NCBI GenBank assembly: GCA_949300345.1
Contig: CASGDR010000001.1
Location: 259,835 to 323,834 of the forward strand
Length of the DNA stretch: 64,000 nucleotides
Direction of reading: 5' to 3'
From: an uncultured bacterium
GTDB taxonomy: Bacteria > Bacillota_I > Bacilli_A > RFN20 > CAG-826
Shown here piece by piece: positions 41,425 to 52,114 of this stretch (position 1 is its first letter; each line of letters begins with the position of its first letter). The position numbers were made by a program, and so were the translations under genes. Below the pieces are notes generated by a model. That model did no database searches, was not told where the DNA came from, and worked only from the letters and a program-made list of their open reading frames with translations.

Positions 41425-42899
41425 GGCTTGAATACCCTCGTGGCTTCTACGGCCTTCAGCCAGCCGTTATAGCGCTTCCTTCTTTCTTCTTCATCCATCT
41501 TCGGCTCATAGATTTTGGCAATCTGGTTGAGGTTCTTTACCTCCTCAAGGGAGGAGAAGAAACCGGTGGATAGTCCAGCCAGATAGGCCGCGCCCAAAGC
41601 CGTGGTTTCAAGGCAACCGGGCAAGGCGATCTTGGCATCGAGCAAATCGGCCTGGAATTGCATCAATAGCCCGTTGGCGCTTGCGCCTCCGTCCACGCGC
41701 AGTTCCTTTATCCTGAGGTTGGATTCCTTTTCCATGGCCTTGATGACATCGGTGGACTGATAGGCGATGGCCTCGATGGCGGCCCGGACCAGATTATGCC
41801 TATCGACCCCACGGGTCAGCCCGAATATTGCGCCCCTGGCCTCATCGTCCCAATAGGGAGTGCCCATGCCTACGAAGGAAGGCACGAAATATACACCGGC
41901 GGAATCCGGCTTCCTCATCGCATATTCCTCGGATGCTTCGGAGGAAACAATGAGCCTCATCTCATCCCTGAGCCACTGGATGATGGCCCCGCCGATAAAG
42001 ACGGAACCCTCAAGGGCATATTTGGTTTTGCCTCCAATGGTGGAGGCCACCGTGGATAGCAATCCGAGCTTGGAATCGACGACCTCTTCCCCGGTATTCA
42101 TGAGCATGAAGCAACCGGTGCCGTAGGTATTCTTGCCTTCCCCGGGATTCTGGCATCCCTGTCCGAAGAGGGCTCCTTGCTGGTCGCCGACCACGCCGGT
42201 GATATGGACCCCTCCTTCAAAGAAGGAAGCCTCCCCATAGTCCTCGCAATTGGACTTGGGGGTAGGAAGCATGCATCTTGGAATGTTCCAGATCTTCAAA
42301 AGTTCTTCATCGTAATCGAGCTTATGGATATCGAATAGCAGGGTCCTGGAAAGATTGGTGTGGTCGGAGGCAAAGACTTCCTTCCTGGTCATCTGATAAA
42401 TGAGCCAGCAATCCACCGTCCCGGCGCATAGCTCTCCCCTTTCGGCCTTCTCTTGGGCCCCGGGGACATGGTCGAGGATGTATCTGATCTTCGAAGCGGA
42501 AAAATAGGGATTCATCAAAAGCCCGGTCTTGGACTTGATGAGTTCCTGGTACTGTTTCCTTTCCTCGCATAGATAAAGGGTCTGCTTGGACTGCCAGACT
42601 ATCGCGTTATAGATGGCCCTGCCGCTTTTGCGGTCCCAGACCACCGTGGTCTCACGCTGGTTGGTAATGCCGATGGAGTCGATTTCTTCCATGCGGGCCC
42701 CAGAGACGATCAGCACTTCGTTGATGACGTCGACGACGGAGACAAAAAGGCGGTCGGCATTCACTTCCACCCAACCGGGTTGGGGATAGATGCAATCGAG
42801 GGGACGGGAAGCCCTATATAGGGCCCTGCCCGACTTATCGACCAAAATAGCCCTGGTGGACGTGGTGCCTTGGTCGATGGCCAAAACGTATTTCTTCAC
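41421..42899 (-). CDS. glpK: glycerol kinase
   Basis: 492 aa with MKKYVLAIDQGTTSTRAIL (FGGY family) and a GTG start. Confidence 0.9.
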   Translation of the reverse strand: MKKYVLAIDQGTTSTRAILVDKSGRALYRASRPLDCIYPQPGWVEVNADRLFVSVVDVINEVLIVSGARMEEIDSIGITNQRETTVVWDRKSGRAIYNAIVWQSKQTLYLCEERKQYQELIKSKTGLLMNPYFSASKIRYILDHVPGAQEKAERGELCAGTVDCWLIYQMTRKEVFASDHTNLSRTLLFDIHKLDYDEELLKIWNIPRCMLPTPKSNCEDYGEASFFEGGVHITGVVGDQQGALFGQGCQNPGEGKNTYGTGCFMLMNTGEEVVDSKLGLLSTVASTIGGKTKYALEGSVFIGGAIIQWLRDEMRLIVSSEASEEYAMRKPDSAGVYFVPSFVGMGTPYWDDEARGAIFGLTRGVDRHNLVRAAIEAIAYQSTDVIKAMEKESNLRIKELRVDGGASANGLLMQFQADLLDAKIALPGCLETTALGAAYLAGLSTGFFSSLEEVKNLNQIAKIYEPKMDEEERRKRYNGWLKAVEATRVFKP

Positions 42900-42961
42900 A
42901 AAGGAAATTATAGGGTCTATAGGAGATTTCTAAAAGGCCGGCTGGTCCCCTTATTAGGGAA

Positions 42962-44254
42962 TTACTTATCGAAGAAGGCTTCGATTTCCTCGACTTCCTT
43001 GAGGATGCCGCTTGAGAGGTTGATGCAGCCGGTTTCGGTGATGTAGAGATCGTCTTCGATCCTCACTCCGATGCCTAGCTCGGGAATGTATAGTCCGGGC
43101 TCATCGGAAATAACGCAGCCGGGCCTAAGGGGCACGTCGCGGTATGGCGTATTGTCAGCGCAGGAAAGGGGGTCATGGGTATCCAAGCCGATGAAGTGGC
43201 TGACCGAATGGAAATAGACATTGATGACGTCTTCGGGCTTATCGATGATGCCCTCCTCGACGAGCACCTTGGCGTAGTAATCGATCACCGCTTGGTTGAG
43301 CTGCCTCAAAGTCAGACCCGGACGGGCCAATGCAGCAATCATCTTGTTGGCCTCAAGGACGATAGAGTAGATCTTCTTCTGAAGGGGGCTGAATTTACCA
43401 CAAATCGGGAAGGTCCTGGAAATGTCGGCATTGTAATACCCATATCTGGCCCCGAGGTCCATCAGGACCATCTCGTCTTTGTAAATGGGCTCCTGTAGGG
43501 TCGTGTAATGCAGGACGGTTGCCCTTTTGCCGCCTGCCATGATGGTGGGAAAACTTAGTCCCTGATTGCCGGAAGCGTCGTTGATGACGTGGAGGAACTC
43601 GTTGGCAAGCTCATATTCCTTGACCCCGTCCTTGAAGCGGCGCATCACGGAACGGATGCCGGTGTCGGTAATGGAAATCGCGGTCTTGAGAAGGCTTATT
43701 TCCGATGGGGATTTGACTAGGCGCAGGCCGGTGATGAGACAATCGGCATCCACCTCCTGCAGGTAAGGGTATTTTTGGAGCAGTTGCTTCCTGAAGTCAA
43801 AGACCTCGACGCCGGGGGCAATCTTAAGTTCGCTTTGAAAGTCGCTGTACAAATAGGAAACCGGACCTAGTTGGAGGATGTTGGGATCGAGGATCTTTTC
43901 CAACATGGTTTCGAAGCTATTCCGGGGCAAGACATTGGTGATGCCGGATAGTTCCCTAGCCTCATCGTAGGTGAGCCTTTTGCCTGTCCATTTCTCCTTC
44001 CTTTCGTCATAGGGAGAAACAAAGAGGAAGGCTTTGGTCTCTCCCTCTCCCTTATAGAGCAATAGGGCCGAATCATCCTGGTCGATGCCGCTAAGGTAAT
44101 AGAAGTTATGATTGGCTTCGAAGGGATAGTCCTCATCGGCCGAGCAGATCTTCGGGACACCGGCAAAAAGGATGACGAGGCTATCTTCCTTGATGGCCTC
44201 GAACATGCGCTTGCGGCGGGCTTCGAATTCGGTATTTTCCAAGAATTGTTTCAT
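42962..44254 (-). CDS. pepP: M24B Xaa-Pro aminopeptidase
   Basis: 430 aa with a creatinase-like N-terminus and a pita-bread domain (HSVSHFIGLDTHD, metal ligands). Confidence 0.8.
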   Translation of the reverse strand: MKQFLENTEFEARRKRMFEAIKEDSLVILFAGVPKICSADEDYPFEANHNFYYLSGIDQDDSALLLYKGEGETKAFLFVSPYDERKEKWTGKRLTYDEARELSGITNVLPRNSFETMLEKILDPNILQLGPVSYLYSDFQSELKIAPGVEVFDFRKQLLQKYPYLQEVDADCLITGLRLVKSPSEISLLKTAISITDTGIRSVMRRFKDGVKEYELANEFLHVINDASGNQGLSFPTIMAGGKRATVLHYTTLQEPIYKDEMVLMDLGARYGYYNADISRTFPICGKFSPLQKKIYSIVLEANKMIAALARPGLTLRQLNQAVIDYYAKVLVEEGIIDKPEDVINVYFHSVSHFIGLDTHDPLSCADNTPYRDVPLRPGCVISDEPGLYIPELGIGVRIEDDLYITETGCINLSSGILKEVEEIEAFFDK

Positions 44255-44838
44255 ATGACTGCCTTCTTTCTAGCAAGGATTTTAGGCGCCCCAAGGCTAG
44301 GATAGCCTTCGAGGACCTTAGAGATTCTATCACTAAGAAGGAAAGTAAGACTGACGGAGTTAGTTCTCTCTTCCTTCCGGTATTCGATTTTCCTATGCCT
44401 TAAGGCATTCTCCAATGAGGGTGATATTTCAAAAGGCACTTCGAGAACGGCTTCTTCCAGATAGAGGATTTCCCCCACTTCGGCCTTGTCTAGGGCTTGC
44501 TTGATGCCCTCAAAGAAGGTCCTCTTGAGCCTTCCTACCCCGAGTTCGGTACCCCCGAAATACCTCGCGCATATTAGAAGCACGTCATCGAGTCCCCGGC
44601 TTCTAAGAAGGCTCAGGTAAGCAAGGCCGGCCACGCCGGATGGTTCCCCGTCATCGCTGCATCTTTCCTTGCCTTCGTGGACATAGGCAAAAGGATAATG
44701 CGAAGCCTTGGGGTATTCGTCTTTGAAAGCCGCGATGGCCTTCTCGGGATCATCCATCAAAGGTATGGCGGCGTAATGGAAGAGGGAGCCGAGGACCTTG
44801 AGGTAGGCCCCAGTGCGGTTTTTGATGCTTAAGGCCAT
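44251..44838 (-). CDS. yigZ: IMPACT/YigZ family protein (UPF0029)
   Basis: 195-aa YigZ-like fold. It lies 4 nt after the giant gene and overlaps the pepP start. Confidence 0.7.
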   Translation of the reverse strand: MALSIKNRTGAYLKVLGSLFHYAAIPLMDDPEKAIAAFKDEYPKASHYPFAYVHEGKERCSDDGEPSGVAGLAYLSLLRSRGLDDVLLICARYFGGTELGVGRLKRTFFEGIKQALDKAEVGEILYLEEAVLEVPFEISPSLENALRHRKIEYRKEERTNSVSLTFLLSDRISKVLEGYPSLGAPKILARKKAVI

Positions 44839-44842
44839 CTGC

Positions 44843-47800
44843 TCATTGGCCCCTAAGGGCAGTGAAGACGTTATTGGTATTGCTGGTTAAAGAGGTTTCG
44901 GCGAAGGGACGATAGACGTCATATCCCCCGCTACTAGAGAAGTCATAGCGCTTGGCATCAAGCGCATCATAAAGGGCGCCGGCATAGATGAAGTTACCAA
45001 GATCGAGTGCCGACTGGTCATCGCCACAGGCCAAGAGGATGTCGGCAATCTTGTCGAATTCCTCATTGAAGGAATACTGGTTGTCCGGATTGACGCTCAT
45101 GTAGCTAAGCAGGAGGATGCGGCCGAAGGCATAGAAGGACTGCTGGTCCTTGCTTAGTCCTCCATATCTATCCAGGGTTTCGCTGAAGGTGGCGTCATTA
45201 TATCCGCGTGGGAGATCCCCGCTATATACGGTGACCGAGGAAGTAGTGCCGTAAAGGGAACTCAATAGCGGACGGAAGATCCTCATGTTGTTCTCCCAGG
45301 CAGTCTGACCTTCCGGGGTTTGATAGCTGGATTTCCTATTATACATATCCGCATAAGTCATACTTACGGGCTGGGAGTCGTAATCATAGACAACATGGGT
45401 GCTATAGACGCTGTAATCGCCATACTCGGCGTTCATGGCCGCGATGTCCATGGATAGGCCGACATATAGATAGGAAGCGAATTTGGATCCGGCCGAGGTA
45501 GCATAGGCCTCATATTCATAGGGATAGACGGTCTCGAAATTCTGCCTTAATAGAGCATCCGAACGCAGCATGGTCAGGAAGGAACCGATCCTGGGGGTGG
45601 AGAAACCCTGCTGTGAAAGCTCAACCGTCGCTTCCTCGTAGGACTTCAAGGCAATAAGCGAAGGCAAAAGGCTATCCAGCGCAGCCCCTTCTTTGGGATA
45701 GCTGTATTCATTCTGGCTAGCATCCTCAAGGACGCCGAAGGCAGCCTCAAGGTTATACAAGGCATCGTTGGCTATAGAACCAGTTCCGTATCCCTCATTG
45801 AAATAGGAGGACATGTCTAGGGAGAGGGAATAAGAGATACCCAGATATGTGACCGAATAATTGATATCAAGCAACCGGGAGAAGACCACGGCCCGGCCGC
45901 TGACCTCATTCTGGCTACCGGAGGCCTGATAAGAGGCCACCGGGGTGGCATAGAAGCCGCCGCTGGCGCCGATGAACTCCAGCAAGGGTTCGGTCCCGAT
46001 GGCGGCGATGACTTCAAGGAAGCCCTGGGGGTTGGTGGCATCGAAGGAGAAGTAGCGGCTTTCGCCCTCCGCGCTGGGTTGCATTTCCAACCCTTGAAGG
46101 GCATCGACCAAAATGGGAATGGCCTCTTCCTGGTAGCGCACCCTGGCCTCTTCAGTAGTCATGGCCTCGCGGAAATAGAAGTCGCTCACGTCATTGAGGG
46201 CGCTGCAGGAAGTGATTTGCAAACTACTGGAAGTCCCGTTATAGGAAAGATCGAAGCCATAGGCCCCATATTCATCGATGGGAATAGTAAAGGCGTTGTT
46301 TTCACCGACCAGGGAAGAAAGGTCGATCTCAAAGCTGTGGTTCTCCCTATTGATGTCATGGACTATTAGGGTAAAGTCCGAGAGACTAACCATCTCGTTG
46401 GTGGTGAAGCTGATGGTTTCCACCCGTCCGATGTCGTCGCTGGTAATGCTTATCGAAGAACCCGAAATGAAATCTTGCAGATCGCTTTCATAAAGCGTGT
46501 ACTGCTCCATGATGACCGCGGTGGAAATCAGATAGTCGGTCTGGAAGGCCACCGAACCGGCAACGGTCTTCAAATCGTTGATGGCGCTGAGGATGGATTC
46601 GATTTCCTCGGGAGTGAAGGTATCAAGGACATCGCGGAGGTTGGAGACATCATCCAAAGAGGAAGAGGACATGCCCGAATCCTGCCAGGCCTCGATGAAG
46701 CCTTTGGTAGTGCTATCGCTACCGATGGTAAGGGCCTGGATTTCATGCAAGATGTATTCGGCCCCTTCCGCCCTAAGGAATATGATGGAGTCATAAAGCT
46801 TGTTGGAACCGCCGATCTCATTGCCTGATAAATCCCTTAGATCATAGTAGTATTCTGCTTCGGTTGTACCGGGAGTCCTATTATAAAATGCCTGCAAATC
46901 CGCCATATCCTGCAAGAAATGGGTACCGCTGGAATTGGTTAGGGAGAGCATGAAGAGGGCGTCTTGCACCTCATCGAAATAGAAGGACGCGAAGCCTTTG
47001 GAGGAGAAGAAGGTGAATAGCATCTGCTCCAAAACGGTGAGGTTATTGGGCAAGACATCGATCTGGCTACGGATGGCGCTGGCATTGGCGGGATTGGGCT
47101 CGGCGCGATGGAAGACATAGGATTCGGCCAAGACCATCATGGTGTCGTGGATCTTGATCGGGGAGATGTAGTCCAAGACCTCGGGATTGAGCAATTCGGA
47201 GTTGGAATCCAGAACCTCGACGCAGGAGGCGATGGCCTCGATTTCGCTAGCGGGGTAGCGGCGGCTCCAGTCGGACTCGGAAGTCATGGAGGCGCTATCC
47301 TCGTCGAAGTAATAGTTGAAGAAGGGATAAGCCAAGGAGAAGTCGATCTTGGAGGATGCCCCGTAATCCTTATCGAGTTGGGTCAGGAAATTGTCGATGA
47401 TGTTGGGCACCAGATCATAGAGAAGCTCGCTGCTATTGAGCGCGGTCAATACGGTATAGATTTCATCCGAGGAGAGATCCTCAATGGAGAAGGAGCCGTC
47501 CTTGATGAGCGGAACGATGGCCGCCAGGGCCTGCCCTAGCCCACCGTCTTTGCCGTCGATATAGCTTCTCTGCAACGAGTTCCCTTGGGGATAGTCGACG
47601 ATGGAAATCTCACTGCCGTCGGGGTTGACCCAAGTAGCGGGGAAGTAATATTCGCTGACTAGGTAATCGATATAGCTATCCGAATCGGTGATTTCGGGAT
47701 GATCTGCCAATACGGCTTGTATCTTCGGATTCCTTTCATTGAAGATGTATTCGGCCACGACGTCCTCGGACATCACGGAAATCATCGTGCTTTGGAAGAA

Positions 47801-50800
47801 GGTCAGGGTCTGCCCTTCCGCCACGGTGTTGAAAATATGCGATGAGTGCAGATAGACGAGCAGGGAAATGGTCTCATCGGTATTGGCGAAGGTCGTACCG
47901 GTGACCTGGGATACCCCATAGAGGATTTCCACCAAAAGGTCGGTTTCCGAAACGCTGGGTGTCACTTCCCCTTCTTCCAGATAACCTGAAAGCCCGAAGC
48001 CATAGCCAAGATCGGGATCGACATAATCGAAATTGGCCTGATCAAGACTCACCCCGCCAAAGGCAATGGAAGCAGTTTCGATATTGGCTTTGATCTGGAC
48101 CAAAAGGGCCGGGAAGAGGAGTTTGGAGCTATCCATCTCAAGCAGAAGGGCCTTCAGGGTGTCCTTCTTCTCCTGCACCGAAGAGGGGTTGCCGGAGAAA
48201 TAGGCCTGGATGTCGCTCAAACAGGACATGTTGATGTTGCCCTCATCATCGATGAAGCCGCCATCGCGGGCAATTTCCAAAACGGTGACCAAATGGTTGG
48301 TTTCCTCATTCCAAAGGGAGTGGTCGCTTAAGGTGGGGTCGATGCTCAGCAAATACCCGTCGACATCATCCTGGCTGGAACTTCCGTATAGCCCGGAGTC
48401 AGATAGCCATTGGCCGATCAATCCCTCGGCTGCGGTCAGCTCGGTCCTAGCGCTGGTTCCGTCATAGCCGTAAAGGGTATTGAAGATGTTGGAATTCAGC
48501 AAGGACTCAAAGACGGGACGGACCAGGTATTCGGGATCGAGGTGGCTAAGTCCCATATCGGTGACGATCTGTCCGTTTTCGATAAGGCCATAGGTCGGGT
48601 CCAAAACGGCAGTGGCCAAGGTCTTCAGATGCTTGAGTTCGGCCTCCCTTATCTCCAGGTTCCCATAGTTATCGAATAGATAGGCCACGTTGGCGTTATC
48701 CAGCCTCGAATAGCCGCTTTCCTCGCGGAAGGAATCGCCCATCGCGTCCCTCAATTCGATGACGAGGCGGGTAAGGATGAGCTTGCCAAAGGCATCGCAC
48801 TCCGAGAGGGCATCGAGGAACTCGGTGGCCTTATAGGGGCTAAGGGAACTGATGGAGGCTATGGCATCGAAACCGCCAAACGACTGCAAGAGGGCGATGA
48901 GGTCACACCAGGCCGCGGATTCCCCGTCCCAAGCTTCGGGGGTATCCAGAGCCAAAAGCGATTCTTTGAGGATATCGTATTCCTGCCCTTCAAGGACCGC
49001 CAAATCCTGCTTGGAGGATGAGGTGTCCAAATAGGTCGCCTGCAGGAAATCCTCGGCTTCGGTGCCCTCAATGGAAGAGGTTAGTGTTTCATAGATGAAT
49101 TCAGGGAAGAGGAATTCGCCCTCAGGCGACATGAACAGCTGGCTGTTGGCGCAGACATTGAGGATCCCCTCGATGGACTCCGGATCGGAATTGAAGAAGT
49201 CGATGTTGGAAAGATCGCCCACTTCCGAGGCAAAGACCAATAAGGAATAGATGCCATCCCCTTCCTTGGCCCAGTCGGTCACGTTATGGAAGCTGATTCC
49301 GCTATCTTCGCCAAACAAGGTCGGCAAGAGATAAGTATCGAACATCTCGCTGAGCCCGTTTTCCAAAATGAAGGACTCCCCGATCGAGGCAAAGATGGCT
49401 ACGAAGTCTGCCCTAGAGATGTTGGTAAGCACCCGCAGCATAGAGGAAATCTCCGTAGAAGCAGCGTCGCTCAATAGATATTGCAGCAATCCTGTATCGT
49501 TCATCGCAATCAGGGTGTCGGCGATCGCCACGTTCTCGGCATGGGTATCGATGTTCTGGAAATCGCTGACCGAGAAGATGGAGGACTCGCTTCCGAAGGA
49601 GAAGAGATTGTCCATCATCATCGCGTAGTTGGTGTTGATTACCGTGTTGCCCTGTGCATCCGTCGTATCGGGATTGAGGATCTTGGAATCGGCCACCAGA
49701 TCGAGCAGGTAGCTAAGGACCGAAACCGTTTCCCCTTCGCTTACTACGGTTTCCTCTAGCAGCCTTGTAAGGGTATCAAGGCTCGAGGAGAGGTCTGAAG
49801 CATCGAGGTTCTGCAAATCAGGCAGGAAGGGATTGAGGGCTTGGACCCCACGGATCAAGGAAGCCAATTCCGAGCCGAGGTTATCGGCCTTGAAATCAAG
49901 TGGCAGGGCCCCTTCTCCGAGCAGGTCGGCCACAATGCCGGTATCCTCGACATAGTATTCGATGACCGGCGGAAGAATGGCGGTGGCCACCAGCGATTCG
50001 TCGAATTGGTTCAAGGCATCGACCAAAGCGTCATATAGGTCGTCATTGACGGAGACGAGCTTGCCGTTGGGGTCGATGTAGATGCCCGGATGCTCATCGA
50101 AGTCTTCCATCAGCTTCACGGCATCGGGATGCCCGTCGAGGAATTGCACCATGACGCCAAGCAGGGCGTGGAACTCCCCCTTGTAGTTGATCATGGTCTG
50201 GACCCGGTTTTCCAAATCGAGCTGTTCGACGACCGAATCCATGTCGATATTGATGTTGCCTTCCCCGAGGCTTTCGTTGATGGTGCTAGCCAAAACCTGA
50301 AGGACCTTGTCTAGTCCGTTGATGATTAGATCGCTATCGAAAAGGCAGCTCGTATCCCCGTCCGACTTCCCGGTCGTAGGATCGATTTCGTTAAGATCGC
50401 CTACCATTAGTTCGCTGATTTCCTGGGGATGGTTGGCTATGAAGGAAAGGATGGGATCAAGGTCAATCTCCCCGGAATTGTCGACCAAAGAAGCGATGAG
50501 GTCATTGAGGAATTGGCTATCGATGGAGACGGCATTGAAGACAAAGTCATATAGATAGGTAAGCTCGTCGCCCCATTTGATGTCCTTGAATTCGTCGGTC
50601 ACCCCGACCGGAATCCCGTCTTTGAAGACATAGGTGGACTCGGGCATGAAGTCGGAGATCGAAAGGGTGGTATCGCTTTCGGGAGAGGGATTTTTAACCT
50701 CGTTGGCGCAGGCGACATAGGCCAAGGAATCGAGGATATTTTCCAGAAGTTCCCAGCTGCCGTCATCCAAGGAATCGAAGATTTCGAGGATTTCCTCGCG

Positions 50801-52021
50801 GGTTTCCTCTTGGAAGAAGTCGATGAGGTAATCGGTGTTGTAGCCAAGGTTGCCGGCCTCATCGGTATTGACGCCTTCGAGGGCTCCCGAATCGAAGACG
50901 GCCTGATAAAGTGCGGCCAATTGTTCGAAGGTTCCCTCCCATTGCTCGGAGGTGCTATCGATGCCCTCGACGGTCCTGAGGTAATTGCCTATATCGGTGA
51001 TGTTGGTGGCCACCTGGAAGGCATAGGGCATGACCGTGGTGACAAGCTGCGAGCCCGCTAGGCTATATAGGATCTGCGGGGTGGACTCGGAAGTGATCAA
51101 GGTGGCTACGATTTCGCCCTGGGTGGAATCCTCGAAGTCGACGCCGGTGGCCATGATGTTGGAAGCGATGCTTACCACCGAGGAGAGCTCAGTGACGAAG
51201 CTGACGGTCGTGCCTCCGATATTGGAAGCGGTCAAAGCCTCGATGAGCATTGCGTCGAAGGTCTTGCCCGAGCCGGCCGTCCAATTGAAGAAGGCCTGGG
51301 CAAAGATGGAATTCTCATAGGCATCAAGGACATCGACGATCTGGCCATAGGTTGAATCATCGGCATAGAGCTTCTCGCCGTTTTCGTCTACCCTAGCGAC
51401 CCCTTGGTTGATGGTATTGATGATGGCCGATAGAGGGAAAATCACCATGCATCCGCAGGTTAAGGAAATGATTACGGCCGTAAGGGCATTCCAGATACGC
51501 CCTTTGCGGAGTTTCCTCTTCCTTGTCTGGGCCTTGAAGAACCACCGGAACATGACATACCAGAAAAAGCTGGTAAGCCAATTGATCAAGGTGATGAGCA
51601 ATAGGCCATAGGCTATCAGAAGGAAGATCTTCAGAAGCGAACTGGTCAATGAGGTGGCATAGGCCGTAAGCGAGGCCGGATCCAAGGTGGTCCCGAGGGC
51701 GATGAGGGTCTGCTCGATCAGTTCCTCCATCGTCGCAAACGGGGTGGTCAAAGGCACCGATATGACATACGCATCATAACTGAAGGAAATGTTCGTGCCT
51801 AAGAAGGAAAGGTCGATATCGCCAATGACGCCGGCCATGGCATCTAGACTAAGCAGCATCACCAATATCCAAAGGGCATAGACCAAAAGGCGGTAGACGG
51901 CATAGCGCCATCCGTGCAGGAGTCCCCAGAGAAAAGAGATCAAAAGCGAGGCCAAAACCGCCCAAAAGGCGATGGTAAGCCCCAAAGAGAGGAATTCGAT
52001 TATCTGGGCGAAATCAGGCAT
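44843..52021 (-). CDS. giant acidic membrane-anchored protein (2392 aa), unknown family
   Basis: Single uninterrupted ORF. The N-terminal ~200 aa hold 4-5 TM helices with a positive-inside loop (KAQTRKRKLRKGR). The remaining ~2150 aa are rich in D, E, S, T, L, N and Y, very poor in K and R, have few Cys, and show no LPXTG motif or tandem repeat visible by eye. Confidence 0.8.
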   Translation of the reverse strand: MPDFAQIIEFLSLGLTIAFWAVLASLLISFLWGLLHGWRYAVYRLLVYALWILVMLLSLDAMAGVIGDIDLSFLGTNISFSYDAYVISVPLTTPFATMEELIEQTLIALGTTLDPASLTAYATSLTSSLLKIFLLIAYGLLLITLINWLTSFFWYVMFRWFFKAQTRKRKLRKGRIWNALTAVIISLTCGCMVIFPLSAIINTINQGVARVDENGEKLYADDSTYGQIVDVLDAYENSIFAQAFFNWTAGSGKTFDAMLIEALTASNIGGTTVSFVTELSSVVSIASNIMATGVDFEDSTQGEIVATLITSESTPQILYSLAGSQLVTTVMPYAFQVATNITDIGNYLRTVEGIDSTSEQWEGTFEQLAALYQAVFDSGALEGVNTDEAGNLGYNTDYLIDFFQEETREEILEIFDSLDDGSWELLENILDSLAYVACANEVKNPSPESDTTLSISDFMPESTYVFKDGIPVGVTDEFKDIKWGDELTYLYDFVFNAVSIDSQFLNDLIASLVDNSGEIDLDPILSFIANHPQEISELMVGDLNEIDPTTGKSDGDTSCLFDSDLIINGLDKVLQVLASTINESLGEGNINIDMDSVVEQLDLENRVQTMINYKGEFHALLGVMVQFLDGHPDAVKLMEDFDEHPGIYIDPNGKLVSVNDDLYDALVDALNQFDESLVATAILPPVIEYYVEDTGIVADLLGEGALPLDFKADNLGSELASLIRGVQALNPFLPDLQNLDASDLSSSLDTLTRLLEETVVSEGETVSVLSYLLDLVADSKILNPDTTDAQGNTVINTNYAMMMDNLFSFGSESSIFSVSDFQNIDTHAENVAIADTLIAMNDTGLLQYLLSDAASTEISSMLRVLTNISRADFVAIFASIGESFILENGLSEMFDTYLLPTLFGEDSGISFHNVTDWAKEGDGIYSLLVFASEVGDLSNIDFFNSDPESIEGILNVCANSQLFMSPEGEFLFPEFIYETLTSSIEGTEAEDFLQATYLDTSSSKQDLAVLEGQEYDILKESLLALDTPEAWDGESAAWCDLIALLQSFGGFDAIASISSLSPYKATEFLDALSECDAFGKLILTRLVIELRDAMGDSFREESGYSRLDNANVAYLFDNYGNLEIREAELKHLKTLATAVLDPTYGLIENGQIVTDMGLSHLDPEYLVRPVFESLLNSNIFNTLYGYDGTSARTELTAAEGLIGQWLSDSGLYGSSSQDDVDGYLLSIDPTLSDHSLWNEETNHLVTVLEIARDGGFIDDEGNINMSCLSDIQAYFSGNPSSVQEKKDTLKALLLEMDSSKLLFPALLVQIKANIETASIAFGGVSLDQANFDYVDPDLGYGFGLSGYLEEGEVTPSVSETDLLVEILYGVSQVTGTTFANTDETISLLVYLHSSHIFNTVAEGQTLTFFQSTMISVMSEDVVAEYIFNERNPKIQAVLADHPEITDSDSYIDYLVSEYYFPATWVNPDGSEISIVDYPQGNSLQRSYIDGKDGGLGQALAAIVPLIKDGSFSIEDLSSDEIYTVLTALNSSELLYDLVPNIIDNFLTQLDKDYGASSKIDFSLAYPFFNYYFDEDSASMTSESDWSRRYPASEIEAIASCVEVLDSNSELLNPEVLDYISPIKIHDTMMVLAESYVFHRAEPNPANASAIRSQIDVLPNNLTVLEQMLFTFFSSKGFASFYFDEVQDALFMLSLTNSSGTHFLQDMADLQAFYNRTPGTTEAEYYYDLRDLSGNEIGGSNKLYDSIIFLRAEGAEYILHEIQALTIGSDSTTKGFIEAWQDSGMSSSSLDDVSNLRDVLDTFTPEEIESILSAINDLKTVAGSVAFQTDYLISTAVIMEQYTLYESDLQDFISGSSISITSDDIGRVETISFTTNEMVSLSDFTLIVHDINRENHSFEIDLSSLVGENNAFTIPIDEYGAYGFDLSYNGTSSSLQITSCSALNDVSDFYFREAMTTEEARVRYQEEAIPILVDALQGLEMQPSAEGESRYFSFDATNPQGFLEVIAAIGTEPLLEFIGASGGFYATPVASYQASGSQNEVSGRAVVFSRLLDINYSVTYLGISYSLSLDMSSYFNEGYGTGSIANDALYNLEAAFGVLEDASQNEYSYPKEGAALDSLLPSLIALKSYEEATVELSQQGFSTPRIGSFLTMLRSDALLRQNFETVYPYEYEAYATSAGSKFASYLYVGLSMDIAAMNAEYGDYSVYSTHVVYDYDSQPVSMTYADMYNRKSSYQTPEGQTAWENNMRIFRPLLSSLYGTTSSVTVYSGDLPRGYNDATFSETLDRYGGLSKDQQSFYAFGRILLLSYMSVNPDNQYSFNEEFDKIADILLACGDDQSALDLGNFIYAGALYDALDAKRYDFSSSGGYDVYRPFAETSLTSNTNNVFTALRGQ

Positions 52022-52114
52022 TGGTCGACCTTTTTGTTAGGGGCCCAAAGCCCCAACACGCGTTATTATGGCAAAACTTTGCCCTTATTGCTATCGCAAT
52101 GTATCATTTTGGCC

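Noticed and set aside
42900-42961. TATAAT box 7 nt upstream of the glpK GTG start, suggesting a leaderless glpK mRNA
   Set aside because: Leaderless translation normally needs AUG. The real promoter is more likely further upstream in the pepP 3' region, with a weak RBS.
45817-51611. Dozens of 60-140-aa ORFs on the plus strand inside the giant gene (for example 47108..47539, 46475..46828, 51030..51320)
   Set aside because: They lie antisense to a continuous 7.2-kb ORF with coherent codon usage. Their translations are low-complexity (G/D/V/I-rich or P/R/S-rich), typical of shadow ORFs in ~50% GC DNA.
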